From: an uncultured Clostridia bacterium
GTDB taxonomy: Bacteria; Bacillota; Clostridia; Christensenellales; Aristaeellaceae
DNA length: 13,872 nucleotides
Direction of reading: 5' to 3'
Assembly (NCBI GenBank): GCA_937907055.1
Contig: CALCTW010000003.1
Span: 1-13,872, forward strand
In this document: positions 6,210 through 12,702 of the stretch, piece by piece
Layout: the number at the start of each line of letters is the position of its first letter
Position numbering within the stretch: the stretch's first letter is position 1
The notes under the pieces: model-generated
The model's input: only the letters and a program-made list of their open reading frames with translations
Database searches by the model: none
Told to the model about the DNA's origin: nothing
Made by a program: the position numbers and the translations under genes

Positions 6210-6995
6210 ATGGCGGCTTTTTGCGATCGCTGCGGAAAGGAGATCTTTCCGTTCGATAATGTCTGTCCCTTCTGCGGGCAGCTCCATCAAAAAACGGAAG
6301 CGGACGAAATGACGGTCCCGGGGCTTCGCGCGGCCTGCGCGCGATACGGGATCGTGCCGGAAAGCTACGGCTTTTCCATCGGTCAGCAGACAGCGTTCCC
6401 GGGCACCGGGGCGATCTACCGGGATGATGACGGGGGATATGTGCTGGAGCGTGTCCGGGAGGACGGCACACGGGAGATCCTGAGCGAGGGCACGGAGGAA
6501 AAACTGGTGGCGGAAGCCTTTGTCCGCGTGCTGAAGGAAAGCTGGCTGAAAAGGCATCCGGGCTACCGGCTGCCGGGCGCGGGCGGCGCGCCGGCCGCCG
6601 CGAAGGCGCCGTCCTTTTTCGGCACGCGGCACGGCGCGATGGATATGTCCGCGAAGACCCCGGAAAAGGATCCCCTCCGGCTGCGCACGCGCGTGCTCGG
6701 CGCGCTCTTCCTGATCTTTGTCCTCCTGTCGGTGTATTATTTTATCAAGGCGGATAAGAATGACGGCTATTACACCATGAACGGCGTGACCTATGTCTAT
6801 TATCATGATACCTGGTATGAGGGTGAGGGCAGCGAATGGAAGCCGACCGGAACGCCGGAGGGCTTCAGCTGGAAGGGTGACTGGGAATATGACACCATCC
6901 GGGAAGGCGGTTTTGCCGACAGCCCGTATTATCAGCCTGTCACCTGGTCCTCGCTCTGGCGGGGCGGGGAACAGCCCCGGCCGGAAGACCCGTAA
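6210..6995 (+). CDS. Hypothetical single-pass membrane protein with an N-terminal CxxC-x10-CxxC zinc ribbon and a Trp/Tyr-rich C-terminal ectodomain
   Basis: GGAGG at 6201-6205 lies 4 nt before ATG 6210; the alternative ATG 6195 overlaps the upstream stop as ATGA. Features: CDRCGKEIFPFDNVCPFCG; a hydrophobic span VLGALFLIFVLLSVYYFI; then YYTMNGVTYVYYHDTWYEGEGSEWKP...WKGDWEYD. No family was recognised. Confidence 0.6.
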   Translation: MAAFCDRCGKEIFPFDNVCPFCGQLHQKTEADEMTVPGLRAACARYGIVPESYGFSIGQQTAFPGTGAIYRDDDGGYVLERVREDGTREILSEGTEEKLVAEAFVRVLKESWLKRHPGYRLPGAGGAPAAAKAPSFFGTRHGAMDMSAKTPEKDPLRLRTRVLGALFLIFVLLSVYYFIKADKNDGYYTMNGVTYVYYHDTWYEGEGSEWKPTGTPEGFSWKGDWEYDTIREGGFADSPYYQPVTWSSLWRGGEQPRPEDP

Positions 6996-7013
6996 AGAAA
7001 GGAAACCTGAATC

Positions 7014-7619
7014 ATGTCTGAATCAAATGAAGTAAAGCGCGCGCAGCTGATCGCGCGGCTGATGGAGTATATCCCCTATAACGAGCAGGAAGCCCGTGAC
7101 CGGGAGACCATTCTGCGCCTGCTGCGCTCAAGGGATGATATCTTTCTGCGCCTGAACACCTTCGCGCATATGACGGCCTCGGCCTGGGTGGTGGACAGCA
7201 CCCGCACAAAGGTGCTGATGGCCTATCATAATATCTATAACAGCTGGAGCTGGCTGGGCGGACATGCTGACGGCGAGGCGGATCTGCTGCAGGTGGCCAT
7301 CCGCGAGGTCAGGGAGGAGAGCGGCGTAAACTTCGTGGAACCGCTGACCGAGGACATCTTCTCCATTGAGGTGCTCACGGTGGACGGTCATGAAAAGCGC
7401 GGCGCGTATGTGCCCAGCCATCTGCACCTGAATATCACCTATCTGCTGGAGGCCTCCGAAAACGAGGAGACCCGGATCGCCGAGGAGGAAAACAGCGGTG
7501 TAAAGTGGTTCCCCCTGTCCGAGGCGGTGGCCGCGAGCAGCGAGGAATGGTTCCGGGAGCGGATCTACAGCAAATTGAATCAGAAACTGAATCTGTTCCT
7601 GCTCAGACAGCGGCAGTGA
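7014..7619 (+). CDS. Nudix hydrolase
   Basis: Nudix box GGHADGEADLLQVAIREVREESGV (about 7257-7328) with the REVREESGV core. The first Glu is shifted by one residue relative to the canonical GX5EX7REUXEEXGU spacing. N-terminal helical extension of about 50 aa. Confidence 0.85.
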   Translation: MSESNEVKRAQLIARLMEYIPYNEQEARDRETILRLLRSRDDIFLRLNTFAHMTASAWVVDSTRTKVLMAYHNIYNSWSWLGGHADGEADLLQVAIREVREESGVNFVEPLTEDIFSIEVLTVDGHEKRGAYVPSHLHLNITYLLEASENEETRIAEEENSGVKWFPLSEAVAASSEEWFRERIYSKLNQKLNLFLLRQRQ

Positions 7620-7649
7620 CGGGGGATCATTGTGATCCGGGAGGCAAGC

Positions 7650-8309
7650 ATGACGGAATCCAAGGCCTGGAACTGGAAAGAAGCAAAGAATATTGAACAA
7701 TGGATGATCCCGTCGCAGGAATGCGTTTATCTCGCGCAGGAATGGAAAAAGAAGCAGGTGCAGTCGGTGCTGGATCTGGGCTGCGGTCTTGGACGGCACG
7801 CCCTGTATTTCGCGCGGGCAGGCTATCGGGTGACCGCCATGGATCTTTCTCCGGAGGCGCTGGCTTCAACGGAAGCGCTGCTGTGTGAAAACGGCTTTGA
7901 CACTATTCCCTGCATTAAGGGCGATATGATGTCCCTGCCTTTCCTGAACGGTTCCTTTGACGCGGTCTTCTCCTTTCATGTGGTCACGCACCAGAACACG
8001 CAGGGCGTGTATCACGCGGTGCAGGAGATCACGCGCGTTTTAAAGCCGCGCGGGCAGCTGTTCCTTACCCTGTGCTCCAAGCGTCACCGCGCCTATACGG
8101 ATCCGAAAAATGTGCGGATCGATGAAAACAGCGTGATGAAGACAGAAGGGGCCGAAAAGGATGTGCCGCATTTTTACGCGGATAAGCCCCTGATCCGGGA
8201 TCTTTTCCGGGATTACGAGATCCTTTCCCTGCGGGAGATCGCGGAATGCGAGCTTGACAGCGACCGTGAGAAGTGCCATTATTTCCTGATCGCGCAGAAG
8301 AAGGACTGA
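7650..8309 (+). CDS. Class I SAM-dependent methyltransferase
   Basis: GGGAGG at 7639-7644 lies 5 nt before ATG 7650; the ORF-track start at 7632 is a GTG. Motif I VLDLGCGLGRHALYFARAGYRVTAMDLS; post-I/II DMMSLPFLNGSFDAVFS; motif III LKPRGQLFL. Confidence 0.85.
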   Translation: MTESKAWNWKEAKNIEQWMIPSQECVYLAQEWKKKQVQSVLDLGCGLGRHALYFARAGYRVTAMDLSPEALASTEALLCENGFDTIPCIKGDMMSLPFLNGSFDAVFSFHVVTHQNTQGVYHAVQEITRVLKPRGQLFLTLCSKRHRAYTDPKNVRIDENSVMKTEGAEKDVPHFYADKPLIRDLFRDYEILSLREIAECELDSDREKCHYFLIAQKKD

Positions 8310-8353
8310 CATTTTTCCGGCCGGACCGGAATGAATAAAGGAGAAACAGGACA

Positions 8354-9127
8354 ATGGAAATAACATGGGTCACCTTTCTGATCGTGTGCCCGATGGTGTT
8401 CCTGGCGGGCTTTGTGGATTCCATCGCGGGCGGCGGTGGCCTGATCTCGCTTCCGGCTTATATGCTGAGCGGTCTTCCGGCGCACGCGGCTGTCGCGACC
8501 AATAAGCTTTCCTCCTCTGTGGGCACGTTCGCGTCCACGATCCGCTATATCCGCAATAAATGCGTGGATTTCCGTCTGGCCGTTCCCTCCGTGATCATGG
8601 CGGTCATCGGCGCGCAGATCGGCTCCCGTCTGGCGCTTCTGGTGGCGGATGAGGTGTTCAAGATCCTGCTGCTGGTGGCCCTCCCCGGGATCGCCGTCTG
8701 GATGCTGACCCATAAAAATCTGGATCCGCCTGAGGACGCGCGTGTTGACCGCAAAAAGCAGATGATCTATGTGACCGTCGCTTCGCTGGTGATCGGCCTG
8801 TATGACGGGTTCTACGGCCCCGGGACGGGAACCTTCCTCACCCTGGTCTACACGGGCCTTTGCAAGATGAAGGTGCTGAAGGCGGCCGGCAATGTGAAGC
8901 TGGCCAATCTGGCCAGCAACCTGTCCGCGCTGCTGGTGTTCCTGACGGGCGGTCATGTCGTGATCGCGCTGGGCCTGACTGCCAGCGTGTTCTCCATCGC
9001 GGGGAACTGGCTGGGCAGCGGCGTGGCCATCCGCAACGGCAGCAAACTGGTGCGCTGGGTGATCGTGGCGGTGCTGGCGCTGCTGTTCGTCAAGGTCATC
9101 ACCGATCTTCTGGTGCCGGCAGCATGA
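8354..9127 (+). CDS. TSUP/TauE-SafE family (DUF81) anion-exporter-like membrane protein
   Basis: AAGGAG lies upstream of ATG 8354. The protein is polytopic and hydrophobic, with the family-typical FVDSIAGGGGLISLPAYM and ATNKLSS, and an internal repeat (GFYGPGTGTFL). Confidence 0.85.
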   Translation: MEITWVTFLIVCPMVFLAGFVDSIAGGGGLISLPAYMLSGLPAHAAVATNKLSSSVGTFASTIRYIRNKCVDFRLAVPSVIMAVIGAQIGSRLALLVADEVFKILLLVALPGIAVWMLTHKNLDPPEDARVDRKKQMIYVTVASLVIGLYDGFYGPGTGTFLTLVYTGLCKMKVLKAAGNVKLANLASNLSALLVFLTGGHVVIALGLTASVFSIAGNWLGSGVAIRNGSKLVRWVIVAVLALLFVKVITDLLVPAA

Positions 9128-10152
9128 CGCGCGCGAGAGAACACGGGATCGTGACCGGATCCCTGCCGACCGGAAAACTGAATAAGATCTCCGATGTGCC
9201 GGGCGTCACAGTGGGGCATTGCACCATCGCGGATGACACCCATAATACCGGTGTGACGGTGGTCATGCCGTGCGCGGATAATATGTTTATCCGTAAGCTG
9301 CCCTGTGCCGCGTTCGTGCTGAACGGCTTTGGCAAGACCGCGGGCCTTGTGCAGATCGACGAGTTGGGCACGCTGGAGACCCCCATCGCGCTCACCAACA
9401 CCCTGAATATCGGACGGGTGCATGACGCCATGGTGGGCTATATGCTGGATCGCTGCGAAAAGGATCATGTGAGGCTGACCTCGGTCAATCCCGTGGTGTG
9501 CGAATGCAATGACGCCTCGCTGAATGATATCGCTTCCCGCGCGGTGGGGGAAAAGCATGTGCTTCAGGCTATCGCTTCCGCCTGCGCGGATTTTGAAGAG
9601 GGCGCGGTCGGCTGCGGACGCGGCACGACCTGTCATGGGCTGAAGGGCGGCGTGGGCAGCGCTTCCCGGGTGCTGAATTTTGACGGAAATGATTATACTC
9701 TCGGCGTGCTGGCGCAGACCAATCACGGCCGTCTGCGGGATCTTGTGATCGCGGGCGATCCTGTGGGCGAACGCGTCCACGGCGCGCTCACGGAGGGCAT
9801 GCCGGATAAGGGCAGCTGTATCATCATCCTGGCGACCGATCTGCCGCTTTCCGACCGTCAGCTGCGCAGGGTCGTCAAGCGCTGCTCTGTCGGTCTGGCC
9901 AGGCTGGGCAGCTTCATCGGTCACGGCAGCGGAGAGGTGTTCATCGCCTTCTCCACAGTCAACCGGACCCCCGCGCCGGAGGAGACGCGCGCGGTCACGC
10001 CCCTGCTTGCCTTTAACGAAAACAAACTGGATCAGTGCTTCCGCGCGGCGGCTGAATGCACAGAGGAAGCGGTTCTGAACAGCATGCTGTGCGCTGAAAG
10101 CGTGACAGCCGCGTCCGGAGCTGTCCGCCATACGCTTGATGAATTCATTTGA
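9124..10152 (+). CDS. P1/DmpA family (MEROPS S58) aminopeptidase-like protein
   Basis: ATG 9124 overlaps the TSUP stop (ATGA). MTRAREHGIVTGSLPTGKLNKISDVPGVTVGHCTI, TGVTVV, CGRGTTCHGLKGGVGSAS and ATDLPLS are typical of DmpA-like Ntn-type peptidases. The ORF-track extension back to 8860 overlaps the TSUP gene out of frame and is not credible. Confidence 0.8.
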   Translation: MTRAREHGIVTGSLPTGKLNKISDVPGVTVGHCTIADDTHNTGVTVVMPCADNMFIRKLPCAAFVLNGFGKTAGLVQIDELGTLETPIALTNTLNIGRVHDAMVGYMLDRCEKDHVRLTSVNPVVCECNDASLNDIASRAVGEKHVLQAIASACADFEEGAVGCGRGTTCHGLKGGVGSASRVLNFDGNDYTLGVLAQTNHGRLRDLVIAGDPVGERVHGALTEGMPDKGSCIIILATDLPLSDRQLRRVVKRCSVGLARLGSFIGHGSGEVFIAFSTVNRTPAPEETRAVTPLLAFNENKLDQCFRAAAECTEEAVLNSMLCAESVTAASGAVRHTLDEFI

Positions 10153-10723
10153 GGCCGAGTTTGATAAAATTGACAGCAAGGCCGCGTTCCGCCGGATGCT
10201 CCGCGAGCGGGAAAAAATGTCCCCGCAGGCGCGTGAAGCAGCCGACCGGGTGATCACAGCCCGTGTGCTGAAATCCGCGGAATACAGGGCCGCGAAGACG
10301 ATCTTCATCTATGTTTCGACTGCTTCGGAGCCGGATACCCTGCCGGTCATTCGGGATGCGCTGAAAAACGGGAAACAGGTGTGCGTGCCAAGGTGCCTTA
10401 AGGGTCATCAGATGGAGGCGGTCCGGATCACGGGCCTGTCCGATCTGCAGCCCGGCGCGTACGGGATCCCGGAGCCGTCGGAGGGCTGCATCACTGTGCC
10501 GCCGGAGCGGATCAATCTGGCCGTCATTCCCTGTGTGGCCGCCTCTGAAAAGGGGGAGCGTCTGGGGCACGGCGCGGGCTATTATGACCGCTATCTGCCG
10601 GGCGTGAAGGCCTGTAAAATGTGCCTTTGCTTTTCATGGCTTCTTTTTTCAAAGATCCCAACCGATCCGCATGATATCCCGATGGACATCGTCATCACGG
10701 ATGACGGAAAGGAGGCGCGCTGA
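10139..10723 (+). CDS. 5-formyltetrahydrofolate cyclo-ligase (MTHFS family)
   Basis: K..FRRMLRERE...AADRVITARVL, TIFIYVS...EPDT, GAYGIPEP, ERLGHGAGYYDRYL and DIPMDIVITD are family hallmarks. The start is uncertain: ATG 10139 follows the TTG at 10136, has no clear RBS, and overlaps the preceding gene by 14 nt. Confidence 0.85.
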   Translation: MNSFEAEFDKIDSKAAFRRMLREREKMSPQAREAADRVITARVLKSAEYRAAKTIFIYVSTASEPDTLPVIRDALKNGKQVCVPRCLKGHQMEAVRITGLSDLQPGAYGIPEPSEGCITVPPERINLAVIPCVAASEKGERLGHGAGYYDRYLPGVKACKMCLCFSWLLFSKIPTDPHDIPMDIVITDDGKEAR

Positions 10724-11124
10724 TGGACCGCGCTGCCTATGAAGCCTATATTCAGACACAGTACGGCGTGCTGCCGGATCGTCCTTTTTCCGATGATGAT
10801 GACACGGTCGTATACCGTCATCCGGGCAACCGGAAATGGTTTGCCCTCATCATGCGCATCCGGAAGGATCGCCTGATGCCCGGGGAACAGGGAGAAGCGG
10901 ATGTGGTCAATCTGAAGATCGAGCCGCTCCTTGGCTATGCCATCCGCAGGGAGCCCGGCATCTTTCCGGCCTACCATATGAACAAGGAACGATGGATCAG
11001 CGCTGTGCTGGAGGATACGACCTCAGAAGAACAATTGCTGATGCTGACAGATATGAGCTTTTCTCTCACAGAACCGAAAATAAAGTCACGAAAAGGACGG
11101 AGGGATGACAATGCCCCGGTATGA
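10723..11124 (+). CDS. MmcQ/YjbR family protein
   Basis: ATG overlaps the upstream stop (TGATG). PF(S)DDDDTVVYRH..NRKWFALIM, VNLKIEP and FPAYHMNKERWISAVL match the YjbR fold family pattern. Confidence 0.8.
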   Translation: MDRAAYEAYIQTQYGVLPDRPFSDDDDTVVYRHPGNRKWFALIMRIRKDRLMPGEQGEADVVNLKIEPLLGYAIRREPGIFPAYHMNKERWISAVLEDTTSEEQLLMLTDMSFSLTEPKIKSRKGRRDDNAPV

Positions 11125-12499
11125 TATCCTGCTGATGGATGTGGACGGCACCGTGCTGGATTTTCTGGCGGCGGAAAAGGCGGCCATTCAGGCGCTGTTT
11201 TTAAAATTCGGGTTTGGCCCCTGCACGGATGAGATGGTCGCGCGGTATTCCGCGGTGAACGTGCGCTACTGGGAGGCCCTTGAGCGCGGTGAGCTGACCA
11301 AGCCGGAGGTGCTGGTGGGCCGTTTCCGGGAGTTTTTCGCCCTGCAGGGATTGCCTGTTGAAAAGGCCGGAGAATTCAATGACGTGTATCAGCTTGCCCT
11401 CGGGGATACCGTTGTTTTCTGCGATGACTGCCTGCCGCTTCTGAAGCAGTGGAGAAACAGCCTTACCCTGGCCGCCGTCACGAACGGCACCTATTACGCC
11501 CAGCATAAAAAGCTGACTGTCTCCGGGCTGTATCAGGTGTTCCATCAGGTGTTCATTTCGGAAAAGATCGGAACGGAGAAGCCCGGAAAAGCCTTTTTCG
11601 AGCATGTTTTCAGGGTGCTTGACGCGCGGGATCTGTCCCGTGTGCTGATCGTGGGCGATTCGCTCACCAGCGATATCCGCGGCGGCAATAACGCCGGGAT
11701 TGACACCTGCTGGTATAATCCGAAGGGCGCTGTGAATGATAAGGGCGTGACAGTGAACTACGAGATCCGTGATCTGCATGAGCTGACCGCGATCCTGAAC
11801 GGGGAAAATGAAATGGTCAAAAGCCTGCTGACAAACACCTATAACACCCGTGAATTCGGCGGTCATCCGCTGAAAAACGGCGGTTTTACACGCTGTGACC
11901 GCCTGTGGCGCAGCAGTGTGCCCCGGGATATCACAGAAGAGGACATCGCGCTCCTTCAGGAACACCGGATCACCACCGATATCGATGTACGCACGGAATC
12001 GGCCTTGTCAAAGCTGCCGGATCCGCTGCGGTCCCTGCCCGGCATAGCATATCATTTCTATCCCATCGAGGAGGGCGCGTATGTTCCGGCCAGCCTCGCG
12101 GAGGTGCCCGTCACCTATATGGAGATCGCGCGGTCGGGGAGCATCGCATCGGTGTTCCGCGCCATCGCCGCCGCGCCGGGGGGCGTGCTTCTGCACTGCA
12201 CCGCCGGGAAGGACCGGACGGGGGTCATCTGTGCCATCCTGCTGCTTTTATGCGGCGCGGAGGATGAGGAGATCTGCCGGGATTACGCGCTCAGCCGCGA
12301 ATACAACCGTGAAAATCTGGAGCGCATGCTGCGGGAGCATCCGGAATATGACCGTGATGCCGTAACGGCGCGGGAGATCAGCATGATCACCTTTCTTGGC
12401 ATGTTCCGCGAGCAATTCGGCACGGCGGAACAGTATCTGGCAGCCATCGGCCTGACCGATACGGAGATCAGCGCGCTGAAAAACAAGCTGACCGAATGA
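11111..12499 (+). CDS. Two-domain fusion: YjjG-like HAD-IA hydrolase (N-terminal, about 234 aa) plus PTP-type tyrosine/dual-specificity phosphatase (C-terminal, Y_phosphatase3-like)
   Basis: GGAGG at 11099-11103 lies 7 nt before ATG 11111; the ATG at 11105 abuts the RBS. HAD motif I LLMDVDGTVLDF (11138-11152), motif II AAVTNG, motif III EKPGKAFF, motif IV VGDSLTSDIRGGNNAG. C-terminal half: NTREFGG...LWRS...DIDVRTE and the P-loop HCTAGKDRTG (CX5R, 12194-12220). An in-frame ATG at 11813 marks the domain boundary. Confidence 0.85.
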   Translation: MPRYDILLMDVDGTVLDFLAAEKAAIQALFLKFGFGPCTDEMVARYSAVNVRYWEALERGELTKPEVLVGRFREFFALQGLPVEKAGEFNDVYQLALGDTVVFCDDCLPLLKQWRNSLTLAAVTNGTYYAQHKKLTVSGLYQVFHQVFISEKIGTEKPGKAFFEHVFRVLDARDLSRVLIVGDSLTSDIRGGNNAGIDTCWYNPKGAVNDKGVTVNYEIRDLHELTAILNGENEMVKSLLTNTYNTREFGGHPLKNGGFTRCDRLWRSSVPRDITEEDIALLQEHRITTDIDVRTESALSKLPDPLRSLPGIAYHFYPIEEGAYVPASLAEVPVTYMEIARSGSIASVFRAIAAAPGGVLLHCTAGKDRTGVICAILLLLCGAEDEEICRDYALSREYNRENLERMLREHPEYDRDAVTAREISMITFLGMFREQFGTAEQYLAAIGLTDTEISALKNKLTE

Positions 12500-12508
12500 T
12501 CAACCAGA

Positions 12509-12540
12509 CGCGTCCCAGGAAACCGGGGCGCGTTTTGCTG
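12509..12540 (+). terminator. Rho-independent terminator ending the long + strand operon
   Basis: cgcgtccc / ggggcgcg stem (one G-U pair) with loop aggaaacc, followed by ttttgctgttttg. It begins 10 nt after the stop at 12499. Confidence 0.7.
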
Positions 12541-12589
12541 TTTTGTTGCTTTTCTGTGACGGCAAATTATTAAATCATGGGATATGACA

Positions 12590-12617
12590 TTGACAAGCAG
12601 GAAAACTTCTTTATAAT
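12590..12617 (+). promoter_or_regulatory. Sigma-A type promoter for the secreted-protein gene
   Basis: TTGACA (12590-12595), 16-nt spacer, TATAAT (12612-12617), about 85 nt upstream of ATG 12703. Confidence 0.6.
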
Positions 12618-12702
12618 ATAGATGGAATAGTGTCTTTAATGGTAAAAGAATACCTGTGATATTTAAAAGTTTCGACAGAAAATACGAAAAGAGGCCAACA
12701 AC

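Noticed and set aside
5560-6806. Minus-strand Arg/Pro-rich ORFs (5560..5853, 5708..5893, 5944..6471, 6105..6806) opposite the HAD and zinc-ribbon genes
   Set aside because: The extreme Arg/Pro/Ala composition is characteristic of the wrong frame of GC-rich coding DNA, and they overlap better-supported genes.
8860-9123. Upstream extension of the DmpA-like ORF to 8860 (430 aa)
   Set aside because: The extension overlaps the 3' third of the TSUP gene in another frame and is Arg/Gly-rich. ATG 9124 gives a typical DmpA N-terminus and an ATGA stop/start overlap.
8953-10308. 451-aa minus-strand ORF antisense to the TSUP, DmpA and 5-FCL genes (also 8279..8956, 9099..9431, 10145..10570, 10591..10977, 11201..11965)
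   Set aside because: It crosses three well-supported plus-strand genes, including their boundaries, and has no motifs. This is typical GC-rich antisense read-through.
11905-12486. Alternate-frame ORFs inside the phosphatase domain (11905..12267, 12081..12365, 12008..12196, 12283..12486)
   Set aside because: They are Arg/Gly/Pro/Ala-rich with no motifs, and they are nested in a frame carrying a perfect HCX5R P-loop.
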